A stretch of 64,000 bases of DNA. Source: Owenweeksia sp. TMED14 (lineage in GTDB: Bacteria; Bacteroidota; Bacteroidia; Flavobacteriales; Schleiferiaceae). Below the pieces are notes generated by a model. That model saw only the letters and a program-made list of their open reading frames with translations. It ran no database searches and was not told where the DNA came from. This document shows positions 32,034 through 40,937 of this stretch, one piece after another. The stretch covers positions 118,367 to 182,366 of the forward strand of contig CATIRS010000049.1 of NCBI GenBank assembly GCA_949529985.1, read 5' to 3'. The position numbers and the translations under genes are program-made. The number at the start of each line of letters is the position of its first letter. The first letter of the stretch is position 1.

Positions 32034-32627
32034 CTATAAAATATTGCCTTCAAAATAACCATTAACCTCAAATATCGTGTATTCTGAGAGATCATCATCT
32101 GCGCGAAGGCCTAATCCATTAATTTCCTCACCCTCATCAATTATTCTAACTGGAGAATCGGTGAAGAACTCCTTTGTTTGACGATCCCAGTTCAATCTCT
32201 CAGTATAAAGTTTATTGCCTCCAACCTGAATAACTTCTACACCACCCGTTAAAGTCCAAATTTTTGTTTTCAAATCACGTTGTGCAGAAAATGATTTTAT
32301 ATGTCCAGACTCTAAATTATTTTTATTTAAAATACGGACCCGAAAGCCATCGAGAAATTCTTGGCGTGGGGCTGTCTTATCTTCGGAAAAGTCTTTCAGA
32401 TGGCCGGTGATAATTCTCAGTTTCACTAATCCACTGTCAGAATAATTTAATTGAGCGCCAAACTGCTCTATCAACGGCTCATTAACCAAAAATGCTTTAT
32501 TGTCCTCAAAAACAACATTATTGGAACACGAAATAAGTAGAGTAAGTAGGAAAAAAAACGGTTTGGCTCGTCTTTTAAAACGATTACATTTGATATAAAT
32601 AGAGTTAAATATCCGTTTAAAAAGCAA
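32034..32627 (-). CDS. lptC: LPS export protein LptC (apparently a lipoprotein)
   Basis: 197 aa. OstA/LptC-like beta-jellyroll pattern (..LTGGVEV....NKLYTERLNWDRQTKEFFTDSPVRI). N-terminus KRRAKPFFFLLTLLISCSNN has a lipobox-like LISC. Confidence 0.75.
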   Translation of the reverse strand: MLFKRIFNSIYIKCNRFKRRAKPFFFLLTLLISCSNNVVFEDNKAFLVNEPLIEQFGAQLNYSDSGLVKLRIITGHLKDFSEDKTAPRQEFLDGFRVRILNKNNLESGHIKSFSAQRDLKTKIWTLTGGVEVIQVGGNKLYTERLNWDRQTKEFFTDSPVRIIDEGEEINGLGLRADDDLSEYTIFEVNGYFEGNIL

Positions 32628-34026
32628 CTCTCACTGATTCATTTATCCAACAAGGGATCTTGTAAATATCTCCTTCTTTATAACCAAATTGAAACGAAAT
32701 GGATTTATCCGGAAAACCTTTTCGATAATTTGAAATGGCCTTATCTGCTCGCAGTGATATGTCTGAATCAATTATTTTTGCTCGCTTTAATTTGTCAACA
32801 GCAGCCCAATAAACTGCATTCTTTTCAAAAACATTATTACCGCAAACCCCAGCAGCTTGAGCGTAAATAGACCCCCAAACCATGTATACTTCTCCCGAAT
32901 TTCTATTAAATCTAGAGGCTTCAAAAATTTCATTCTTTGCAGCGGGTAAATTTCCGATCTTTTGATTTATCACGGCTAATCTCATATGATCTCGTGACTT
33001 TTTTAAGGGATCAACTTCAGTTTCAATGGCACTCTTAAAGTAATCAATAGCGTCCTTCCACTTTTCATTTTTGATGCTCAAAACACCCATCGAGCGAGCC
33101 GATTGGGGAGAGGGATCTAAATCGTATAAAGATTGGGCTATAAGATAATATATTGAATTGTCTGTACAATCAGTAAATCCAGCTGTATCAACCCTTTCTT
33201 TTGACAGCATTTTTTCAGCACGACGCAGCCATGCTGCGTCTTCTGCATGAAGCTGAAGATTTTCTTCATTATAAATAAGCGAAAGGCGATCACAAGTTAA
33301 TAACGGCGCGATTCTTTTCTCGATGTTAGAGAAGAGTTTGTTCACTTGATTCAGCTTCTTTTTATCAATACTTAATTTTCGCTTTTCTTTTGACGAAATT
33401 GTGCCCAATGTGTCTTTTTCAGTTAAAAGAGTAATTTCTTTATTCCAATTATTTGTTTGTGCTTCAGCGGACTCGCCAACTAAACTATACCCGTTTAGAA
33501 GCCCTTCAGTATCTAGGCTATCTACTTTATACAACTTGATGACAGCTTTGAAATAGTTATTCAAATAACTCGGCTGAACTGCCCCAGGATCGAGATTTAA
33601 AGCCACATTAAACATCTCATAAGCTTTGTAAAAATCATTTGGAAAATATTTATAAAAGTCATTTGCTTTTTTCGCCAATATTGATGCCTCCTTCCCTGGG
33701 AAATATAAATTATAATCATCATGAACTTTGAGTAATAACTTTATAAGTTCGGAACGCTTCAATGAGTCATTTGTAGCACCGATTTTTGCATGCACAATCT
33801 TAGGCCCGATTTTATAAATAACTTCTTTTGCCTGAGGACAGGTATTGTAAACAAAAAGCCAAGGTTCAAATGCATCTACATACGATTTACCATTGTAAAG
33901 TGAGCCAAAATTGTTATAATTCTCATAACATCTAATTGAATCAGCTTCATTATTACCCCATTTAGAATCCTGACTAAATACAAAGAGTGCTGTAGTGAAA
34001 AAATATAACGCTATAAAGTACCTCAT
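32617..34026 (-). CDS. Secreted TPR-repeat protein
   Basis: 469 aa with signal peptide MRYFIALYFFTTALFVFSQ. Several TPR-like helical repeats (AIDYFKSAIE..., AKNEIFEASRF...). Confidence 0.7.
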   Translation of the reverse strand: MRYFIALYFFTTALFVFSQDSKWGNNEADSIRCYENYNNFGSLYNGKSYVDAFEPWLFVYNTCPQAKEVIYKIGPKIVHAKIGATNDSLKRSELIKLLLKVHDDYNLYFPGKEASILAKKANDFYKYFPNDFYKAYEMFNVALNLDPGAVQPSYLNNYFKAVIKLYKVDSLDTEGLLNGYSLVGESAEAQTNNWNKEITLLTEKDTLGTISSKEKRKLSIDKKKLNQVNKLFSNIEKRIAPLLTCDRLSLIYNEENLQLHAEDAAWLRRAEKMLSKERVDTAGFTDCTDNSIYYLIAQSLYDLDPSPQSARSMGVLSIKNEKWKDAIDYFKSAIETEVDPLKKSRDHMRLAVINQKIGNLPAAKNEIFEASRFNRNSGEVYMVWGSIYAQAAGVCGNNVFEKNAVYWAAVDKLKRAKIIDSDISLRADKAISNYRKGFPDKSISFQFGYKEGDIYKIPCWINESVRVAF

Positions 34027-34030
34027 AAGT

Positions 34031-35368
34031 CTATCTATATTTAAATTTAAGAAACCACTGGTCGTTTAAGGTTACACCAACAATCAAGCGAGTAGAAAAT
34101 TCATTTAATGTTTTAGGATTACTTGTTCCCAAATTACCAATTTGAAATCCTAGGTGCATTGTGGCGAATTTAACATCTCCAGGCAACATTGTACTGCCTC
34201 CTAGAGGTATTCCAAGTCCAAGGGTGGACTGCCATGAACTTACTAATTCCTCAGGATTAATAAACAAACCATTACTACCAGAGCGAAAAGAAGCTCTGTA
34301 TGCAATTTGAGATGCAATTGATTTGAAGCGACGTTCTGGAAAAGCTAAAGCTGGAATAACTGACCCAGAGAAAGATACATATTTGCTATTTTCGTCGTAG
34401 GGACCAGAGTATGGTTTATTACCAGCAGACCAAAAGTCTCTTAATTCTTCTTGACCTACAACCTTGTACTGAATTGAAATAGACCAAGCTGGGATAGGTA
34501 AGTCTTTAATGATTTTCTCATATTGCAAACCGACACCAAAGGTAAATGGCAAAGTTATATATCCCTTAGGCTGAAATTCTGAAATTATCGTATCTAATGG
34601 TGTTTCCGAACCTGATGAGTTTGGAACATAAGTAAAACTTGAATTATCATGACTAGCAAGAATATTTTGAATATTAGAATAAGAGAATCCAATATTTAAG
34701 CGATTCATTTTGATTGGAACATGAAACATTGCACCCCCATCCCAAGACCATCCGTTTACTAGTAACCTCTGCTTATTCATTACAGAATTCAGTAATTGAT
34801 TATTATCAAAAATAATTCTTGAGTTCATATCTGAAGAACCAAATAAATAATTAGCGTTGAACCCAAAACTAAAAAAAGGAATCGGTTTCAGCCCAAATCC
34901 TATATGCGCCTTATTTATTCCACCACTTCCTTTAAATGACTGAGTAAAACCTCCAAAAGTAGTGTCAAAACCTTCATTAAGCATATCGTAGCCAACTAAG
35001 GTTAGAGGTTTAATACCAACAGAGGTCCCTAAACCTTTGACAAGAGGAATTGCAATACCCATACTTCGAAATCCACCTGTTGTGTTCCATAAAGAACCTT
35101 GGGCAGATGACTGATATATTCCTTGATAATTACCACCCAAATCCAACGTCGTATACTTTACCTGAGAATAGCTAGCAGGCTGACAAGAATTAACATATAA
35201 ACTCGAATTATTACCAATTTGAGTACCTCCAAGAATTTCACCATAGGCATAACCTGCAACTTGGGTTTGCCCAAGGCCAAACAATGAATAGGGACTAACT
35301 CCACTGCTTTGAGCATTCACAGCAGTGGTAAGGCTAGTTAAAATAATAAATTTACTTAGTCTGTTCAT
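34031..35368 (-). CDS. Predicted outer-membrane beta-barrel protein (unknown function)
   Basis: The likely start is MNRLSKFIILTSLTTAVNAQS at 35368. It has a mature N-terminal SPYSLFGLGQ motif and alternating amphipathic beta-strand pattern throughout. It overlaps the coaX 3' end. Confidence 0.65.
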   Translation of the reverse strand: MNRLSKFIILTSLTTAVNAQSSGVSPYSLFGLGQTQVAGYAYGEILGGTQIGNNSSLYVNSCQPASYSQVKYTTLDLGGNYQGIYQSSAQGSLWNTTGGFRSMGIAIPLVKGLGTSVGIKPLTLVGYDMLNEGFDTTFGGFTQSFKGSGGINKAHIGFGLKPIPFFSFGFNANYLFGSSDMNSRIIFDNNQLLNSVMNKQRLLVNGWSWDGGAMFHVPIKMNRLNIGFSYSNIQNILASHDNSSFTYVPNSSGSETPLDTIISEFQPKGYITLPFTFGVGLQYEKIIKDLPIPAWSISIQYKVVGQEELRDFWSAGNKPYSGPYDENSKYVSFSGSVIPALAFPERRFKSIASQIAYRASFRSGSNGLFINPEELVSSWQSTLGLGIPLGGSTMLPGDVKFATMHLGFQIGNLGTSNPKTLNEFSTRLIVGVTLNDQWFLKFKYR

Positions 35369-36059
35369 ATTTCCATTGGGCAAAAAGTCCTATTGCTTCC
35401 AAATTTGAAGTGGCAAAGATGCCGCTTTCCAATGAGCTAGCAAAAGCCGGACCATCTCCACCGACAAGAAAACAATTTATCTCTGGTTCCATTGTTTGAA
35501 ATTCCTTGATTCTTTGGTTAATTTCATAGCTCATGCCCTCAAATGCCCCTTTATGCATACTTGACTCAGTGTCAGTAGTTTCTTGACCAGTTTTTTGATC
35601 GCCATATGCTTCTACATAAGGAAGTGATCCGGTAAATGTATTCATTGACTTTAAGCGCATTTGAAATCCCGGAGAAATAGTTCCCCCTTTAAAAATATTT
35701 TTAGAATTGAGGTAAGAAAACGTTAGACATGTTCCGCAGGATATTACCAATACTGGTAATATCCTCGAAAGTTTTTTTGCTCCAAGAACCAATGCAAGTC
35801 GATCTGGCCCGAGATTAGATGAATATTCAATTTCAAAAGGCCATTGAGAATGGGCATCAACCTTAATCCAATTATCCGGAACAGATTCCAACCCAAGAGA
35901 AGTATTACAATACCGCACATACCTGACAGAGGAAGAAATTGATAGTGCTAATTCATCAAGCCTAAATGAATTCCAGTATTTTACTAGCTTAATTTTTCCA
36001 GATAAATCTAATAAAAATAATTTTGTCCGTGTATTTCCACGTTCGATAATTGCAATCAC
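35352..36059 (-). CDS. coaX: Type III pantothenate kinase
   Basis: 235 aa. MIAIIERGNTRTK start (ASKHA phosphate-1 motif), GPDRL, and GTCLTFSY...GGTISPG motifs. Confidence 0.88.
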   Translation of the reverse strand: MIAIIERGNTRTKLFLLDLSGKIKLVKYWNSFRLDELALSISSSVRYVRYCNTSLGLESVPDNWIKVDAHSQWPFEIEYSSNLGPDRLALVLGAKKLSRILPVLVISCGTCLTFSYLNSKNIFKGGTISPGFQMRLKSMNTFTGSLPYVEAYGDQKTGQETTDTESSMHKGAFEGMSYEINQRIKEFQTMEPEINCFLVGGDGPAFASSLESGIFATSNLEAIGLFAQWKYEQTK

Positions 36060-36068
36060 ATTACAAAT

Positions 36069-38264
36069 TTAGACTCCTAGAAATATTATTTGATCATCAT
36101 CATGAAAATTTAGAAGAATTTTTTTTGAGAATCTTCTCTCTACTTCAAACCTCTTTATTTTCAGAGTAGGTGTAAGCATGCTATTAGCCAAAGTCCACTC
36201 TTCAGTTAGAAAAATTATTTTTGACAACCTTTCATTTTTTGATAATTTCTTATTTAATGCGTTTAAAAATTTCGATGAATTACTTTTTATATGTTTTTGA
36301 GGTTTCATAGCTGCTTTTTCACTGAGAACTGCGAGAGCAAAAGGTTGTGAAAGATTTAAGGCCATTACGCAGACCTGGTCAATAAAATCTAAACTCATAA
36401 GTGAATTCTCTATTGGAGATGGAGAAACATAAACCCCTTTAGACGTTTTGAAAATATCCTTTATTCTTCCTGTAATTGTCAAATATTGGTCTTTATCTAT
36501 CTCTCCACAATCACCAGTATGCATTAATCCATCCTTATATAATTTTTCTGTTTCAGATTCATCATTATAATATCCGATTGTGCAAGTTGGTCCTAATACA
36601 AGGATTTCACCATTTGGATCTATTGAAACTTCCATTTTATCAAATGCTTGACCGACTGTTCCAATTTTTACTTTTCCCGGCATATTAGCCGTTGATATGC
36701 CCAGATTTTCGGTCATTCCATAAACCTCATGAATGCAAATACCAATAAGTGAAAATTCACCAATCAATATTGGACTCAATGGCGCTGCACCAGATAAGAA
36801 CAAGCGTGTCCTAGATAGCCCCATTTTTTTTCTAATCATTGGTGCCATGATTTGTCGAATAAAAGAAAATGGTAATTTTCTCTGTATAGCTTCATCAAGC
36901 TTTTCCCAAATTCGAGGCACACCTAGAAATACAGATGGTTTCGCAGCAAATAAATCTCTAGAGAATGTCTCTTTTTTCTCAACAAAATGAATTCGTCCAA
37001 CCAAATAAATCCCCGCAGCAGATATAAGTACGCGCTCAGCGACATGGCAAAGAGGGAGATAACTAAAAAATATTTCTTGATGCAAGAAATCAAAATGAGA
37101 AGTAATTATTTTGAAAGCAGCTTGAAACGCACCGTAATTATGCATCACACCTTTTGGCTTCCCAGTAGTGCCTGAAGTGTAAATGATAGTCATTAGATCA
37201 TTAGACCTTGGCTCATATGAATGGGGCGTCAAGTCTTTAGACCTAGTCATATTTGACCATTGATGATGTTTCGAAAGACTTGCTGGAGATAATTTTAAAT
37301 ATGGCGCAGTAATAATTTGACAGGACTCAGGAACGTAATTAAAATAATTTTCAGGAAATTCTAACTTACAAAAAATAATAGCCTTTGATCCAGAGTGTTC
37401 TAATATTTCCTTTAAGGATTCAGGAGCGATGTTAGGATACAAGGGTACCGAAACAGCCCCGATTTGTGAAATAGCATTATCCGCAATAATCCAGTGTGCA
37501 GAATTGTTACCAAGGATAGCAACTCTATCACCAACTGCAATTCCCAATTTTAACAAACCATTTGAGAAACATAGAGCTTCCTCATATGCACCTTTAAATG
37601 TAAATTGCAATCTCCCAGCAAAAGAATTAGGCTCATCCAAAAATAACCTCTGAGGAAAGTTTTTCGCATTCCAACAAAATTTTTCTGGTAAAGTCCTGTT
37701 CGATCTATCAGGAATAAGATGTCCTAAACCTAACTCCATATTCCTTCCTTGAAGTGGGCCGATTATTTCTAAAATATGATTATTTGATTCATTTAAGTCA
37801 ACAGGGTAATATGGCGATGAAACCGATATCATTTTCCGACCAAAATCGATTCCTAAAATAATAATGGGAACCTCTGATTCTTTAGCAATATTATAATAGC
37901 CAGATTTTAATAAGTCAACCTTTGATCGAGTTCCTTCAGGTGCTAGCGTATAAATTAGACGATCATTTGTTTTAAATTCTGCAGAAATCTGATTTACAAT
38001 TCCATTAGAATTTTTTCGATCCACCGGTATAGCGCCCAATGCCTTCAGGAAAAATGAAAATGGCCAATAAAATAAATTACTTTTTGCCAAAAACCTCATG
38101 CTAAACATTTCCAAATCAGTCCGAATACATAGACCTACAAAAAAATCTCGCCATGAAGTATGGGGTCCGACTACTAAAACAAACTTTTTGATTCCAATTG
38201 GAAGTTTATCTCTATACTCCCATCCTCTGGACTCTAGAACACCTTTAAGAAATAATAATTTCAT
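36069..38264 (-). CDS. Bifunctional fusion: N-terminal PlsC-type lysophospholipid acyltransferase + C-terminal AMP-forming acyl-CoA/ACP ligase (Aas-like)
   Basis: 731 aa. Acyltransferase blocks HTSWRD (HX4D), PEGTRS and VPIIILGID in residues about 30-150. The adenylation domain has YTSGTTGKPKGV, GYGMTE-like (VYGMTEN), TGD and a KIKR-type C-terminus. Confidence 0.85.
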   Translation of the reverse strand: MKLLFLKGVLESRGWEYRDKLPIGIKKFVLVVGPHTSWRDFFVGLCIRTDLEMFSMRFLAKSNLFYWPFSFFLKALGAIPVDRKNSNGIVNQISAEFKTNDRLIYTLAPEGTRSKVDLLKSGYYNIAKESEVPIIILGIDFGRKMISVSSPYYPVDLNESNNHILEIIGPLQGRNMELGLGHLIPDRSNRTLPEKFCWNAKNFPQRLFLDEPNSFAGRLQFTFKGAYEEALCFSNGLLKLGIAVGDRVAILGNNSAHWIIADNAISQIGAVSVPLYPNIAPESLKEILEHSGSKAIIFCKLEFPENYFNYVPESCQIITAPYLKLSPASLSKHHQWSNMTRSKDLTPHSYEPRSNDLMTIIYTSGTTGKPKGVMHNYGAFQAAFKIITSHFDFLHQEIFFSYLPLCHVAERVLISAAGIYLVGRIHFVEKKETFSRDLFAAKPSVFLGVPRIWEKLDEAIQRKLPFSFIRQIMAPMIRKKMGLSRTRLFLSGAAPLSPILIGEFSLIGICIHEVYGMTENLGISTANMPGKVKIGTVGQAFDKMEVSIDPNGEILVLGPTCTIGYYNDESETEKLYKDGLMHTGDCGEIDKDQYLTITGRIKDIFKTSKGVYVSPSPIENSLMSLDFIDQVCVMALNLSQPFALAVLSEKAAMKPQKHIKSNSSKFLNALNKKLSKNERLSKIIFLTEEWTLANSMLTPTLKIKRFEVERRFSKKILLNFHDDDQIIFLGV

Positions 38265-38450
38265 AATCTAATATACTGTAACTAGGATGTTTATACTTTA
38301 ATCGCTTAGTGATGTATTTTTATTTAGGTTCAAAAGATAATCTAAAAATCGTCTTAATTAGTTTCACTAAATCAATCCGTTAAATAAGAATTGAAAAAAA
38401 ACATCGAAAACTTGATTTTACGTTTTAACTTCGCGCTTCAATTTTTAGTC

Positions 38451-38523
38451 GGTTCGGTAGCTCAGTTGGTAGAGCAATGGACTGAAAATCCATGTGTCGG
38501 CGGTTCAATCCCGCCCCGAACCA
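38451..38523 (+). tRNA. tRNA-Phe (anticodon GAA)
   Basis: Hand-folded cloverleaf. Acceptor GGTTCGG/CCGAACC, D arm GCTC-AGTTGGTA-GAGC, anticodon stem ATGGA/TCCAT with loop CTGAAAA, T arm GGCGG-TTCAATC-CCGCC, discriminator A. No CCA is encoded. Confidence 0.95.
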
Positions 38524-38529
38524 CTTCAA

Positions 38530-38561
38530 AAAAGCCCTTCAAGAATGAAGGGCTTTTTTTT
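38530..38561 (+). terminator. Rho-independent terminator after tRNA-Phe
   Basis: AGCCCTTCA-AGAA-TGAAGGGCT perfect 9-bp stem followed by T8. Confidence 0.85.
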
Positions 38562-38633
38562 AAGATGTGAATACGATATGTTTCTAATTTAAATCCCATT
38601 GTATTTTTGCATCTAAGAGAATTTCTTAGAGCT

Positions 38634-38735
38634 ATGAAAAAAGACAACGAAAGACATGGAAATACTATTATTCAATGGGTCGCAATCGGATTCGCTAGCA
38701 TAGGTGGGTTTCTTGTTTACTGGATAGCTATATGA
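38634..38735 (+). CDS. Possible 33-aa single-TM micropeptide
   Basis: MKKDNERHGNTIIQWVAIGFASIGGFLVYWIAI. Its TGA overlaps the ATG of the next membrane-protein gene (ATGA). It is below the ORF-track size cut-off and I recognise no homology. Confidence 0.25.
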   Translation: MKKDNERHGNTIIQWVAIGFASIGGFLVYWIAI

Positions 38736-39058
38736 AGTCTATATATATTTGGGCTATAAGTCTAATTATATTCTTAGGGCATCAAATATCCATTCAATAT
38801 CATTTCTCCTCTAAGTATTTAGACTCCTGGCTAGACCCTCTAGTTTTTATCCCCGTAAGCATAGGAACAACAGAATATTTGTTTAGATTATTTTACAGCA
38901 GCTTTAAAGTGGAACCATTTTTTTTATACGGCTACGTTGTAACAGTTATTATCTTTTTTGAAATCATAATCCCGCTATTTGATAGCCGATTCACAGCCGA
39001 CTTCATTGATGTAATAGCTTATTTTATTGGCGCATATGCTTATTCTAAAACGCAGTAA
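38732..39058 (+). CDS. Small polytopic membrane protein (unknown function)
   Basis: 108 aa with three to four hydrophobic helices. I recognise no motif. Confidence 0.5.
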   Translation: MKSIYIWAISLIIFLGHQISIQYHFSSKYLDSWLDPLVFIPVSIGTTEYLFRLFYSSFKVEPFFLYGYVVTVIIFFEIIIPLFDSRFTADFIDVIAYFIGAYAYSKTQ

Positions 39059-39068
39059 GAACAATTTC

Positions 39069-40583
39069 TTAACCTATGATTTGGTCTGTCTCCAAATAGT
39101 GGACACACGCTAGGTAAACACCATTGGACCAAGCATATCCTTGTTCTGACTTATCAGAATCAATATTATCGATCCTAGAATTGTATTTATCAAAAAAGTT
39201 CTTACTCTTTAAATAGACAGATTCACAATTAAGAACAAATGCTTGAGCAATTTTTTTTGCCAAGACACTATTACCTGAGCGATGCGCCCCTGCAACACAT
39301 GCCCACTGAAGAGGTGGCCATATATTAGTTGAGTCCCATTTTTCGTCGGAGGTATTTAGGCTTGTCATAACGCCCCCTTTAGATAAATAATTCATTTCTA
39401 GTATTTCTAAAACCCGATCAACCTGCTTCAAACCTGGTGCTCCCATCCATAAAGGGAAAAACATCGCAGCACTTAGATTATCATTTCTCCCAAGCCCGTC
39501 AAGGTCAATATCTGTATAAGTCTCACCATTCCAAAATAATGTATTTAGAGCAGATCGGCGTTCTCTAACCCTAGCACTCCATTGATTTTTTTCCGCAGGA
39601 AAAGCTCTACCAAGAGCAAACTCGAGATGAGAAAGCAACGCATTCAACTCAATTGGAATGACACTTGCTGTTTTTAAAGATGTTAAATCAGTAGAATCTG
39701 TCATCCAACGACTACTAAAATTCCAACTTGATTCGTTCGCTGAACATAAATGCTCTATTATTTCTTGCTCAGGAATACCTGACTTTTTAGCAGACAATAT
39801 AACCTCCGCATTATCCTCTAAAACTTGATGATTGGATTCAGCTTTATCATCCCAGTAACGATTTAAAACATAACCTTTGACCTTTACGACTCGACGATAT
39901 GCAAAACCATCTGCAGCTTCGACATCAGCACCTGCCATCCAGAATTTATACTCTTGCCTTAGTGCCAAAGCATAGTCCGACCATTCAGCCCATCTATTAT
40001 TTACAATAATAGAAACCATTAGAGAGAAATATGGTGGCTGTGAGTTTGTTAAAGAATAAAAACGAGTTTTACTCGGAACTAGTCCGAACTTCTCTAGTAA
40101 ATGTGCAAAATTATCTACCATGTCAATTGCAGCTTGCTTTTCCCCAGAAGCAACTAAACCTAAAATAGTAAAATAACTCTCCCTGTAAGTAAGATCTTGA
40201 GACAATTCTGTGGAAACGACATAAGGTTTTGGAAGAGCAATACGACTTCCACTCCATTTAGATTTATCTGCTGGTCGACTTAATTTTTCCCAAAATGAAT
40301 CAGCGTATTCTTTTGCCGAATGATGAACTGACGGCTTAAAACTTGTCTTTATTGGATCTTGTATGACGAGATGTTCATTAATAAAAATATCTGGTTTACC
40401 CTTAAACGTCTCCCATGATAATAGAATTTTCTTTACAGAACCATTTGGCAAAGAATCTCGAAGATCAGAGTTCTTAAATGAAGAACCTTTTTTTATTAGA
40501 TCTGATATCATGATTTCCCAAGCTGGCTGATTAGAGGGAATATTTCCAGTTAAATCCTTTGATGTTATTGAGTTGTTATACAA
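39069..40583 (-). CDS. Trehalase (glycoside hydrolase family 37), apparently cytoplasmic
   Basis: 504 aa. NSQPPYFSLMV, WDSTNIWPPLQW and QGYAWSNGVY resemble the GH37 signature regions. There is no hydrophobic signal peptide. The start is uncertain: TTG at 40583, or ATG at 40511. Confidence 0.85.
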   Translation of the reverse strand: MYNNSITSKDLTGNIPSNQPAWEIMISDLIKKGSSFKNSDLRDSLPNGSVKKILLSWETFKGKPDIFINEHLVIQDPIKTSFKPSVHHSAKEYADSFWEKLSRPADKSKWSGSRIALPKPYVVSTELSQDLTYRESYFTILGLVASGEKQAAIDMVDNFAHLLEKFGLVPSKTRFYSLTNSQPPYFSLMVSIIVNNRWAEWSDYALALRQEYKFWMAGADVEAADGFAYRRVVKVKGYVLNRYWDDKAESNHQVLEDNAEVILSAKKSGIPEQEIIEHLCSANESSWNFSSRWMTDSTDLTSLKTASVIPIELNALLSHLEFALGRAFPAEKNQWSARVRERRSALNTLFWNGETYTDIDLDGLGRNDNLSAAMFFPLWMGAPGLKQVDRVLEILEMNYLSKGGVMTSLNTSDEKWDSTNIWPPLQWACVAGAHRSGNSVLAKKIAQAFVLNCESVYLKSKNFFDKYNSRIDNIDSDKSEQGYAWSNGVYLACVHYLETDQIIG

Positions 40584-40850
40584 TTTGTGATTGTTGCTAG
40601 TTAATAATTTGACAATAAGAAGAAACAGAATTTAAAGAATTAAACCTTTTAATATTGCGAATCTTATAGCGAAGGTACCAACTATAAAATAGATCAAATT
40701 TAAGAGTGAATATAAAGACACAAAAATTGAAAAAAAGCGGGTCCTGCTGCTACTGAGTATATTAAAAGACTTCCATTTAACTTCAATAGAACTATTATTA
40801 CAGAATTATAATTTTTATTTACACCAATAGATTTTAATCTCTCAAAGATC

Positions 40851-40862
40851 TGTTTCGAAACA
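40851..40862. promoter_or_regulatory. Perfect 12-bp palindrome TGTTTCGAAACA (candidate operator)
   Basis: It lies 16 nt upstream of the putative -33 element of the regulator/symporter promoter, in the 354-bp divergent intergenic region. Confidence 0.3.
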
Positions 40863-40877
40863 CTTTATTTTAGAAAA

Positions 40878-40908
40878 TTTGATTTGGTACTTATCACTAT
40901 TACCTTTG
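40878..40908 (+). promoter_or_regulatory. Candidate Bacteroidota promoter (TTTG-N19-TACCTTTG) for the NrtR-like regulator and symporter
   Basis: TTTG at 40878-40881, a 19-nt spacer, TACCTTTG at 40901-40908, and the ATG 30 nt downstream at 40938. Confidence 0.45.
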
Positions 40909-40937
40909 ACTTCAGTCAATACCAAAAATTGAAATTC

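Noticed and set aside
32034-32627. Considered calling this 197-aa lipoprotein GldD, because a GldE-like CNNM/CBS gene is nearby and gldD-gldE are adjacent in Flavobacterium johnsoniae.
   Set aside because: The sequence pattern (..TGGVEV.., LNWDRQTKEFFTDSPVRI) fits the LptC/OstA-like fold rather than my recollection of GldD. The better GldE candidate is the partial gene next to mutY at 63187.
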